DNA of 64,000 nucleotides from Botryllus schlosseri (Eukaryota). Every line of letters begins with the position of its first letter. Within the stretch, counting starts at the first letter, position 1. This document shows positions 39,101 to 49,680 of this stretch, in pieces. The stretch is taken from NCBI GenBank assembly GCA_051294905.1, contig CM119377.1, positions 7,750,001-7,814,000 on the forward strand. The letters run 5' to 3'. A program made the translations under genes and the position numbers. The notes below the pieces were generated by a model that did not search any database, was not told the DNA's origin, and saw only the letters and a list, made by a program, of their open reading frames with translations.

Positions 39101-42100
39101 AAATCATCTTGAAAACCAGTGGTTATAACATTTTATAGTTATGCAATTGCTTAAATAGCTGGTTCGTGGCACATAACTTGAAGTTAGCTTTTGATACAAC
39201 ATCGATTGTAGTCAAATATTTCCTGAACTTCAACACTTTTTGGTTGCGTCTTTTCAAGAGTTAACCGCACACTGATGGGATTGAAATATAGACTTGAAAA
39301 CAAAACCAAAAAGGCAAAGCGTGACGTAACAATCAGAATTACGTACCATGAGATCCGCTATTAAACTTTGGAACATGCTTTTAAGTCCGTTTAAATCCCT
39401 TTAGTGTGCCGTTAACTCTTGAAAAAAGGCACCCGAAAAGTCTTTGACTTCGATACATATTTTACTACAATGGATGTTGTATTGAAAGTTGTGCTATTAC
39501 ACGTATTTGCAGCACCACTGATTGTTGTTAGTTCTGGATGGAGTCGTTGTTAGATCTGGGGGAAATCGCGTGTCTGGATGATTCTGAATGAAGTATTAGA
39601 CATAGAGTAGGACATTCTAGTATCATTCAATATGTATGGATGATGTTTAAGAATTAAAAAATGTACCTCTTCCGCGACCTCGAATAACATAATGCCAATT
39701 TTACACCACTTGCAGATAATTTGGTATATTTTTGCGATAATGCCGCGTGTTGATCACCACAAAAATGTAATTTTCACCACTACAAATAGCTGGATTTAGT
39801 TAGGTTTCGGTAACTTCCTGTTCAGATTCCTGGCGCGTGCCTGTGCGGGTCACACTCGACTGCATGCAGAGGGCGAGGGTCAAACGGAAAAGCAGCGCTC
39901 CCGAGTCGAACCTGCCCGTGGCGAAACGCAGTCGCATGGAGGGGTCCTATCAGTCGCTGCCAAGGGTGTGCTTTACTGGGTTGCCTCCGAAACAAGTCGG
40001 GGAACTGCAGAAGGTGAACTTGTAGGCGTGAAAAATACTTAATGACATAGACTTGCGTCAATTATTTTCGCCAGCAACTAGTAGAGAATTGGAGAGTACA
40101 TTTTGGATATACAATTATCTCCCTAACTCTCTAGCAAAGTTCTAAGCAAGTCACGAGTCGAGTCAATACTAAAAATTGACTCGAGTCATTTTACGTGTTT
40201 GAAAAAATGACTCCAGTCGAGTCACCAAAAAATCGTGACTCGATTCGGAATCGAGTCATTGCAACCCTGCTCTCTAGTTGCCGACGATTATCCTCGACGA
40301 GAATCAGCCGAAAACATTCGTGTTCATTTGTGTATAATGAAGTTCTGTAACTCCCAGGAGTCTTTTAAAGTAAGTATTCCAGGCCTAGTTTAATAGAACG
40401 AAAACAGTTTGAAATGTTGACAGCTTGAGTAAGTAATGCGAGTAGGCATAACTTACTCGGGTGCTCCAAAAAAGTCGAAGTACTAGCTTGATGACCACGC
40501 CTGCTTGAAAAAAGCGGGAAAGACCTGCTCTAAATCAACTCTTGCGGTGAATCGAGATGACTTGTTACTCGGAGGTAGAAGAGTGGCCATTCGTTCTTCC
40601 ATTTGTGTTGTGGTCGTTTTATCGGAATCCGCCAGCCTTGTTAGTGCCTACCAGAATAGAGGTCGACCGATATTGATTTTTACAGGCCGATACCGATATA
40701 TCGGCTCACTCACAAGGCCGATACTGATGTCATAGGCCGATATTAATATGGAGGCAGCAGAGAACAATTTCACCAAAAATATTATATATTAGGCAAGATG
40801 GCACTTGTACATGCCACAGAAAGCTGAACGAGAAAACTGAAATTGAAAGGAATTATTGCTTAATTGTGCACATTTGATGAAATTCGGTGTAACCCAAAAA
40901 GCAAAATATGATATAGAATTGCAGATCAGTCCAGAAAAGGTAGATTGTAATACAGGAAGCATTGGTTCTCTGCATGCTCACCCAGCTAAACTCGTCCGGC
41001 AAGGGTAAATCTGTCATATATCGCCCTTTGCGTTGTCGATTTCTTGGAGATTGAGAACACTGAGCATTGAATTTCCGAAATTTTTGAATTTTTTTTTTTA
41101 TATAAAATATCGGCCGCTATGTCGGCCTTCATAGGCCGATATTGATAATCGGGAAAGCTCGAAATATCAGCCTCGATAATCGGCCATGTTGATAATCGGT
41201 CGACCTCTATACCAGACATCTCATTGTAACTTCGAAGAATAGTTAAGTCAGAACATGATTGGTGCTTCGTCTATCAGTCCTGATACTTTTGAAATAGGGC
41301 CAGAAACTGTTAGGACTGAGGAAAATTACAATATTATGAATGCTTATGTCACTCGAGTAAAGTTGAAAACAGTGGGTTGAACTCAAAACCGAACATTGAA
41401 CGCACTGACTTGGACTCGAGTCACAACCCTATGACTCAGACTCGACCCTCTACTCACGGACTTGGACTTGACCCGGTAGTGAATTGAAAATAACTCGAGG
41501 CAAAACTATAAAAGTGAGATTTACTTGCGACTCGGAACCTTGTGACTTGATTACGACCCTGGTGTCAACAAGAGGAGTTTGTGTAGAATCTAAAAATAGT
41601 ATATTGAGCTGCTGTTCTCGAATATTTATAATTCCATGCCGGAAGCATTGATATTTTGCGATACGAGTGTTGATACGCAATGTTCTTTCCAATTCTCTAC
41701 TAGTTGCCGACGATAACTCCGAGTGTCAGATGAAAATATTTATTTATAATTAGGACGATCAAATAAGTCAAATTTTGTTAAATTGCTGGGTATGGTATGA
41801 CAGTCCCAACCAGAGATTAAGATCATTAATGTAATTCTTGCGTTATGTGCGAAAACGCCTAATATATATGCATGAGGGAAAATTCTGTCAAAATTGAGTT
41901 GTTTTTTTAAGTAAAAAAATGTCAAAAGTTTGAATATTCAGGTCAAAATCCTCCGTGTCTCAGGTTAAAAAAATTGCTTAGCTTCTAATAATATATCTCA
42001 TTCATTTCAATGCGAATAGATTATTCAGCAGTATGGTAGAAGGTGACGAATGATCCTGACACGCCACGCGTTTCAGATTTTGGAATCCTTGCAAGGGCAG

Positions 42101-45100
42101 GTCTGCAAAAACGTGAGGCTCAGCACGCATCTGGTAGCGGAACGAGTCTCGAGAACGGTCAAGTTTCTGTGCGCGGTCTCCGCATGCCAATACATCGTGA
42201 CCCCGGAATGGATCGAGGAGAGCGCCAAAAGCAAGTGGCTTCTCGGTAATTGCGTTGCGATTTTGGCGTTCGCGCGGCGGTGTCGAGCATCCGTCTGTTT
42301 TGTGCAGATGAGGAAAAGTATCTCTTGAACGATAACGTGGCCGAAGAGAAGTTTGAGTTTTCGCTCGGAGAATCCTTGAAGAAGGCAAAGGCGAAACCAC
42401 TGTTCAAAGTGAGTTGTTATTGCGGAGTACTCTGGTACGAGTGGGGCTTTTGCCAAAAATTTGAGTACTGTACTCGATATTTATTGTAATGGTTCAAGTG
42501 GAGTAATGAGTACTGCAATTTTAAGCATGGTTGCAATGACTCAACTCAAGTCCGACTTGAGTCACGATTCTTTGATGAGTCGAGTCATTTTTTCGAATGC
42601 GTAAATGACTAGACTTGAGTTGAGTCAATTTGTATGTTGACTCGACTTGTACTCGAGTCATTGTGAACAGTCTCGAGTCATATGACTTGGTTCGTCGTAA
42701 TTTTGAAGAATAGTAAAGTTGCCAGAGCGACTCGAGCAGAGTTGAAAAAGTGGGTTGAACTCAAAACTGAACAGTGAACACTATGACTCGGACTCGATCC
42801 TCTACTTACTTGGACTCGACTCGGTTGTGAATTGAAAATGACTCGACTTGACTCGAAACTATAAAAGTGAGATTGACTTGTGACTCGGAACCTTTCGACT
42901 TGGTCACAACCCCGAATTTCAGTTTCCGTGCTCCCACTCTCCCTCTCTGCCATCCGTGAAAGCCTTGAAACGTAGATCGGTCATTTCACAGCGTTCATAC
43001 GATGACCAGTGACCAGGCGACAGTAATGTCTCAAAAGCTCAATGAAATTGACATGATCGAAAATATCCCAAAAACTCTGAAATTTTTTAGATTTGAACAT
43101 TCCAAATCATCTATACCGCTATGATATATTAATGTGTGATAGTGTTGCTTGTCTTGATTTAGCCCGATCTCCTAATTTCAAGTAGGAGCAGGATTTCCAA
43201 GACGTATCAATATTACTTGAAGCAGAAGATATATGGTCTGAGAAATCCTCGGGTAGCTTGAAGAAGACGAGCCTTCCCAGATTTTTTCCAGGCAATTGCT
43301 GGTGACATCTTTTAAAATCGCGAATTACGATCCGCGAGCATAATCGGGCACTGCGTTTGTGCGGTCTCCGTGACGAATTGAGTAATGTGAACGATGCGAA
43401 GCCCTTGCAAAACTACTTCTAATAAAGATTGCCGTAAAAAACTGTAGGAGTAAAAGTGGATGCAGCGTAAAATCATAACTAGAGCTTGATAGGAAGTCGG
43501 TGAACAATAATTCTTGACCGCTAGACTGGAAATATTGCTATATTTCGTATAGCTTACACTTTCAAAGTGCTCAGATTCATCCTTTCTAGTCTATATCATG
43601 TGCAAGTACGACAATGGCTGTAAAGTTGTTGAAATGATTGCTCTGAAGTTTTGAAAATGCGCCTTTTGAGGTAGATTCCACCTTATTTGAATATCGGCTG
43701 AATATATCGGTGTTATTGGTGAAGATGTTAGATATCGGTTTTATCGGTATCGGCCCAAAAATCGGTCGGGCTCTAATAACCACCTACTTGAGTACTTTGA
43801 AAAAGTAAGATTACTTTGTTTCTAACCACCTTTGAACACTACCATGTGCTTTACTTATTTGTGGGGGAAACCCACTTGAGTATTTTCAAAAAGTAGAATT
43901 GCTTGGTTTCCAGCAATCTTTGAACACTAAAATGGGCTTTACCTTGTTTTTAGTGAAAGTCAGAGAGTAGCCGTGCTCAGTTTCCGAGCGCCGCCGCGTG
44001 TTCAACCGTACTGATCGTTTGTCGAATTTTCAGGGGTACATATTCTGCATAACCGACAACGTGGTGCCGGACAGAAAAATTCTGGCGGAAATCGTTGAGT
44101 GCGCCGGCGGCAAGGTAGTCGAAAAGATTCCGACCGTGCCCATGTTGAAACGCTTGAAATCGAGACAGGTGAGTTTGCGGCTGTCTCCAAGACGCGTAGT
44201 CGTAACCCAGTAACGAAGTGTAGTGAATGACGTAAATCTCTGCCCAACTCGAGGGGGACGGTAGTCGTTCAGGCTATTCGAGACCTGTTAAAACTGCTTA
44301 AAAATCAAAAACAGGTTTGAAACGTATCCGGGTAAGTGAAATGTCCCTTTTGCAACTGATGCAGAATGATTAATTCAGCCACGAATATGTTTTCTATTCA
44401 ATATGTTACTTTTGAGTAGTTGGAATTCCAGTAATTTCTGATTAATGATAGTAGTCTTATAGGTTAGGGTTACCATACTTTTGAGAAGATTTGTCCTCTT
44501 TTTTTGAAAGTCTCCTCGGAGAACGCCCTTTTTTTCCTCTTTTTTGAGATTTTGTCCTTTTTTTTATAATTTTGGTCTAATTTACGGCCAAATTCGAGTG
44601 ATATACCGTGAATCGGCCCTGAAGTAACGCTCCGGCGGGTCCTTCGGGAACTGAGCCGGAAAGTTGACGAACTTTTTTCTTTCCTAATCACCCACCCGAT
44701 AATGTGAAACAAAAACTGTATTTTGGGCACTGACCGAGAAAGTCGACTTTTTTTTCAGGCTTTTCTTCTGGTTTTGCGAGTTTGAAAAAGTGGCCCCTTT
44801 TCAGATTTCCAAAATACGGTAACCGTGTTATAGGTAGAAATGGAAGACTTGTGGACTACTGATGATCTCACATGTGGCGGTTGGTCAAAAATAGGTTTAG
44901 CTTGAAAATCAGGCCAGTCAAGCCTTAAGAGCTGATATGACAAAATCTTATATGCAAACTGCGTGTGCAATGTGCATATATTGGTTGTTTTCCCAGTGAT
45001 TGATTTGTTTTCATCAGAATGGTTAGGAAGCACATCCTACAATACGTCAAGAATGCGTGGGCAAAGTGTGTTCGGTTTACATATTGTATCGTCTCGAAAC

Positions 45101-45411
45101 ATCGGTTGCCTACCGGCCTAGCCTCAGCTGCCCATCCGACAAACAGTTACACCCTTTGTGACCATGGCATGATATGTATATTGAACATGATTAGAACACG
45201 AGATGTATCGCACAATAACAATCAGACAAGATACTACACAACTCATTTTTGTATCCAGGCTCCAAACAACCACCTGCTCCTCGTGTCCTGCCCGGCAGAC
45301 GAGGATCTCGTAATAAAATGGAAGCAAGAAGGCATCCCGGTACACAACGCCGAGATCATCTTGAGCGGAGTTCTCAAACAAGAAGTCAACGAGGCGATAT
45401 ATCAGCTTTGA
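27104..45411 (+). CDS. PAXIP1: PAX-interacting protein 1 / PTIP (BRCT x2, Q-rich region, BRCT x4), ~1302 aa, 22 exons
   Basis: Exons in phase: 27104-27178, 27353-27490, 28059-28102, 28719-28896, 28962-29100, 29822-29886, 29948-30219, 31342-31487, 32269-33092, 33986-34130, 34190-34290, 36079-36469, 36527-36621, 37905-37999, 38059-38200, 38261-38382, 38797-38987, 39826-40013, 42077-42245, 42308-42408, 44034-44168, 45259-45411 (3909 nt). Motifs [71 protein letters not shown]. The low-complexity middle exons are less certain. Confidence 0.9.
28103..28718 (+). other. U12-type (minor spliceosome) GT-AG intron, PAXIP1 intron 3
   Basis: Donor GTATCCTTTT at 28103; branch site TCCTTGAC at 28696-28703, with the branch A 16 nt before the AG. 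Splicing joins ..KLLP|TEAFTP.. in frame. Confidence 0.88.
30355..30808. mobile_element. hAT MITE family A copy
   Basis: Degenerate TIRs (AGGGGTTGCAA / TTACAGCCCTG); TSD AGTAGAAG on both sides; GACTCGAGTC arrays. Confidence 0.85.
34930..35330 (-). mobile_element. Possible decayed LINE (Rex/Babar-like) ORF2 C-terminal fragment
   Basis: The minus-strand peptide LFFYSILISAGLVKTFCLVTCCNCSSQSQKDILYRRTQAIRI loosely resembles the recalled LFY.SII.S.LTFCI..W.G.C.....K.L.R motif. Weak match. Confidence 0.3.
35433..35973. mobile_element. Long-TIR MITE/foldback family D
   Basis: ~150-bp imperfect inverted arms (TACCCTCAGA..CCAATATTTACAAATGTT..TTCCAGCGGTTCA..CTAGGTGG..CATGCAAAA). No clear TSD. Confidence 0.75.
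36741..37313. mobile_element. hAT MITE family A copy
   Basis: CAGGGTTGTAA ... TTACAACCCTG; TSD ACAAGACT/ATAAGACT (7/8). Confidence 0.88.
37328..37767. mobile_element. hAT MITE family A copy, inverted relative to 36741-37313
   Basis: Starts CAGGGTTGTAACC 14 bp after the previous copy and ends TTACAAGCCTG. No TSD recognised. Confidence 0.82.
40147..40269. mobile_element. hAT family A end fragment
   Basis: GAGTC arrays ending GAGTCATTGCAACCCTG. Confidence 0.75.
40657..41209. mobile_element. hAT MITE family B (CCGAT/ATCGG subterminal repeats)
   Basis: Perfect 15-bp TIR TAGAGGTCGACCGAT / ATCGGTCGACCTCTA; TSD TACCAGAA/TACCAGAC (7/8). A related right end (ATCGGTCGGGCTCTA) lies near 43760-43776. 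Confidence 0.87.
41220..41561. mobile_element. hAT family A partial copy
   Basis: Family-A internal sequence ending GACTTGATTACGACCCTG. Confidence 0.75.
42526..42914. mobile_element. hAT MITE family A copy (degenerate TIRs)
   Basis: CATGGTTGCAATGACTC ... GGTCACAACCCCG; flanks ATTTTAAG/AATTTCAG (6/8). Confidence 0.75.
43781..43905 (+). repeat. Short dispersed CCCACTTGAGTA...AAAAAGTA repeat family
   Basis: Copies near 43783, 43871, 50139, 56338 and 58303, often next to GTAGAAGTAG motifs. Boundaries unclear. Confidence 0.55.
44465..44827. mobile_element. hAT MITE family J
   Basis: TAGGGTTACCATA / TACGGTAACCGTG; perfect TSD TTATAGGT. Confidence 0.85.
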
Positions 45412-45476
45412 GTCGCTGCCCGTTTCAATTCCAGAAGCAATCAAGATCCATTCTTTCACACTTCGTTTCAGCACGC

Positions 45477-48400
45477 TCATGTTAGCTCTGACGTTTCTCT
45501 TTCTAAATAAAATATTTTAAGCGGGTCTTCCTCTTTCCAATACGTTTCCTGCACCGCCTCCAAGTCCATGTCGAGAGCGAGAGGCTGAAAAAGTAGAGGA
45601 ATTTGTTTCATCACGTTATCGCCGGACAGCTTCAAGGCGGTTACTTTGTATTCCTCCTCATGGTACACGTAGATGTCGTATTGTTTGTCTGTCTGCGTCG
45701 GGTCTTCTAATGAGTTCTTGTTGTTGGCCCTGGATTCCAGATTGATTCGGACCTTCACAAATTCTGCCAGGTGGCTTACTGTGGCTTGGATTGACGTTTT
45801 GATGTACCTGTACGGTGACGTATTGAGTTAGGGTCTTGGATCACGTCTGGCAGCACAATTCATAGCAAACTAAGGCAACTGATCTATCAATAAGCAGGCT
45901 GGCCCATGCAATATGTATTTGTTACGTAGAGAACAGCAGTTTCATTGACTGGAGGATTTCAAAATATTGCTGTACACATGCTCCAACTACTCACCTAACT
46001 GCCTTTTTAGAATCGGGGCCCTTTTGGTCAGGGTGCGGTTTGAATATCATTTCAACCGACGACATATCGATTGACTCGTCCGAGTCGGTGGATTGCATCT
46101 CGGGTTTTTCCTCGGTTTTGGGGGATTCCTTCGGAGCGCTCGCCGAAGGTTGGGGATCGGTTTTGGGGTCCTGTTTCACGTGAGAGGGCTTGTCGAGGTG
46201 AATCTTTTTGCTCGGAGGCGGCGCCGTTGTGTCACAATGCCCTGCAATGCAATGAATATCCAGAGGTTGACATCGTTATACTTGAAGCAATATTGCAAAT
46301 GTCAACTTGAACAGAAGTAGCAATTCCTGAGTAATTAAAAGTACACTGGCCAAGTTTTGTCTAGAACAGAAAATTAAGTTAAAGTTCATTAAGTTAAAGA
46401 TCATAACCAATTGAGTAATACAGTGCGAGTAGGTAAAACCAATTAGAGTATTATGAAAAAGTAAAAGTAGTTCGTTACTGATCACCTTGTGAATACCCAC
46501 TGTGTGATGCATGTCAAAAAGTTGAAAAAATTTGAAAATCCCGAATCTAGATTCAAAACAAATACAGTAAGGCTCTTCAAAAATAACTTTTTTGCTCAAA
46601 TCATACTGGTTACTTGATAAAATTGTTAGGTTACCTAATTTAAGCCTACACACAAAATTTGGTTCAATTCCAGCCAGTAACCGCTTTGCTACAGGAGAAG
46701 AAAGTTTCTATTTATTATGAAAATAAATAATAAAAAATTTGAAAATTTTCTGTTCACCCGATGAAAGTGTTAGGCTGTCTATAGAAACGATGCTCACAAA
46801 ATTTGGTTCAATTTCAACACGTGGAAGCGGAGTTATTGCCGTCGAAAAATTTGGATTTGAATAAAATAGTATTTACGGTGACCGATTCTTTGTTTATTTA
46901 TTATAGTTGTGCTCACCGTAAATGCTATTTTATTCAAATCCAAATTTTTCGACTGCAATAACTCCGCTTCCATTGGTTGGAATTGAACCAAATTTGGTGA
47001 GCATCGTTTCTATAAAGAGCCTAACACTTTCATGGGGTGAACAGAAAATTTTCAAATTTTTTATTACTCATTTTTATATAGTAAATAGAAACTTTCTTCT
47101 CCTGTAGCAAAGTGGTTACTGGCTGGAATTGAACCAAATTTTGTGTGTAGGCTTAAATTAGGTAACCTAACAATTTTATCAAGTAGCCAGTACGATTTGA
47201 GAAAAAAAGTCATTTTTGAAGAGCCCTAAAATACAGTGCAAATATTGGAAATAATTTTGGGGAGAGAAAAACATAGTTTCCAATTCCCAAGGAAGAAGTC
47301 CATAAACGTATCTTTTATGATGCGTGCCACTTACAGATCAACATTCGCTCATAACTTTTCATATATTAACAGAAACAAATATAATGGTATGAGCTGGCTG
47401 GCAGGCAGAGTATCCAATAATGTAGTAGCAAAGCAGGCTACTCCATTCCAAATTATATAGCCTACTGGCTGAAATGATTGACCAACCCTGTTTTGCCGGT
47501 CCCCTCTTCAACATGGCTGCTGCGTTTTCACAAGCCTTGGCCGCCATCATATTGTCGTGTTTCCTAATCTTTTGAAGCCTGCCAACGACAAAAACTTCAG
47601 ATCATAAAACAGCCTACAACTATACGCGGCATAACCTACCTGTTCATTGCTTGCGACTTGAGACCTTCTTCTACGCTAGCGCTGAGCGCATTTCCGTTGT
47701 GATGCTTGGTGAGACTCTGCAGCATTCTCTCTTGGTGTTTTTCATATTCGTCGCGGGACGGGTAGATTTTCGAAATCAACGCGTCGAAATTGGGATCTGG
47801 TCTCAATGATCTACGCGACACGAGCTTTTTCCGGCACGTCGGACATTCCTTGTTTCTGAAATTAGTTGGAAATTGATGAGTATTGGAAGTGGATTTGATA
47901 TCGAAGACAGGACTGGAGAACAAGAAAGTTGACAAGTTTTCCGAACAAGATTAGAATTAAATGAATATGGAGAAATCTAAATTCCAAATTTGAGAATTAG
48001 AAAGAAATGCAATAAAAATCAAGTTATTTCTCAATGTTGGCAATTGTCTGCACACCAGGGTTGTAATGACTTGACCCAAGTCACAATATTCTTATGACTC
48101 GAGTCATTTTCTCAAAATAAGTAAATGACTTGACTAGAGTCATTGGGCCCAAGTCATATGACTCGAGACTCAGACAGCCAAGACCGGCATTTAATTGCAA
48201 TTTCAAATAGTAAAGTAACCACACTATTGGGATTTCCTCTATTGGTACTGGCATAGACTACTTGAAAACGCGACAAGCAACTGCAAAAAGTGAGGAAAAT
48301 TAGTATGTTATAAATGCGAACTACCCAATATCATCAAACAGATTTAAAAGTAAGAGTAAAAGTAAAAGCGGATGACTCGAACTCAAGTCACAATACCATG

Positions 48401-49017
48401 ACTCGGACTCGACCCTCTGGTCGCTGACTTGGACTCGGTGGTGAATTCAAAATGACTCGAGTCAGAACTATAAAAGTGAGATTGACTTGTGACTCGGAGC
48501 CTTGTGACTTGGTTACAACCCTGCTGCACACCAAGCTTGACTAATTTCTCGCTAATTTTGTAGCATTTTCAAGAAAACCAGAGATTTTAATTAGATCATA
48601 TAAAAATATCAAAAATTAGAATAGCATTAGATTGCTGGTATTTTTCTCTAATTATAGACGACAAAAATTATCTAGTTGTCCAAGTTTGAACAAAGACAAC
48701 GTCTTACCCGCTTCTTAAAGCCGTGGTTATGCATTCGGCACAAAAACGATGCAAGCACTCTTTGGTGGTCATTGTGTTCCGCAGCATATCCAGACAAATC
48801 GGGCACATCAACTCATTGTGTAGACTTCGAGGCGAAACTGCAATCTCCGTGTTGTCCGTAATCACCTCCTAGGATAAGAAGATACCGAAGTTTTTCAAGT
48901 TGCCCGAGTCCTTGGCAATAGATATAGTCATACCTGAGGTGTGCGCTGGAGTTCATATGGAGTTAAGTCCCAACTTTTTGTTGACTGGAGAGCACTGGCG
49001 ACAGCAGATTGAGACAT
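45477..49017 (-). CDS. RNF2: Polycomb PRC1 E3 ligase RING1/RNF2 (RING finger + RAWUL), ~356 aa, 7 coding exons
   Basis: Exons 48934-49017, 48708-48868, 47640-47855, 47487-47578, 45995-46241, 45645-45807, 45477-45584, all in phase (1071 nt). [90 protein letters not shown]. Candidate 5' UTR exon donor at 49272. Confidence 0.93.
46568..47228. mobile_element. Foldback element family C, copy 2 (intact, ~315-bp arms)
   Basis: Almost entirely self-complementary 661 bp; perfect TSD AAATACAG (46560-46567, 47229-47236). Lies in RING1 intron 46242-47486. Confidence 0.92.
48056..48523. mobile_element. hAT MITE family A copy
   Basis: Perfect TIR CAGGGTTGTAA / TTACAACCCTG; perfect TSD CTGCACAC. In a RING1 intron. 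Confidence 0.92.
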
Positions 49018-49272
49018 TGCCGCTATCGATCATAAGAACCGAGGAAGTATATAGGCTTACTGGGCAGAATGGTAACAGATTGAATACAACTTTAGGAAGT
49101 CTGAAATCACTTCAATTTCTATATATTATACGTAGGATACTATAATTTTATCGTATCGCAATCTTGTGGTTTTCGAAATGATCAAATTATCAATAAACTC
49201 ATCTTAACAACAAGCTAAAACAATCATAATCCAGTGCTATCGCTTGACATCTGCTGCTGAACTGAACTCACC

Positions 49273-49680
49273 GCGGGTCAGGTGTACGCTGACGGGGCTG
49301 ACGAGAATGACGGATACAGCGATCTCCAAGTTAGAATCGAGCTCGCGTTTACGGTAACTGTGACTAATCCGATCATTTTAGTGATCGTATTTAACAATTT
49401 CGGTGTCAATTAATATAAATTAGACAGTAAAGGCACATAAGTAGATAAGTGCGAACCTGGACCAGAACCAGAATCCTTTTCGGTGTATTCATCATGTTTA
49501 CTTTTCCTATCTTGATCCTACATAGTGTGGATTTCATGCCTCAGTAACTCTAAATTTGTTGCAATAATCCGTCCTTACGATCAATGTTTCAGAAATTGAC
49601 TTTTCGCGGCAAATTGCGTTTGATGTGAAAGTTGTGTTTTGGAGGAGTGTCGTTCAGCGTTTCCCCAATTTCTGCGGATT
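49273..49680. promoter_or_regulatory. Putative bidirectional promoter / 5' UTR region shared by RING1 and mitofusin
   Basis: Head-to-head genes with only ~408 bp between the RING1 5' UTR donor (49272) and the mitofusin ATG (49681). Inferred from position; no TSS data. Confidence 0.55.
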
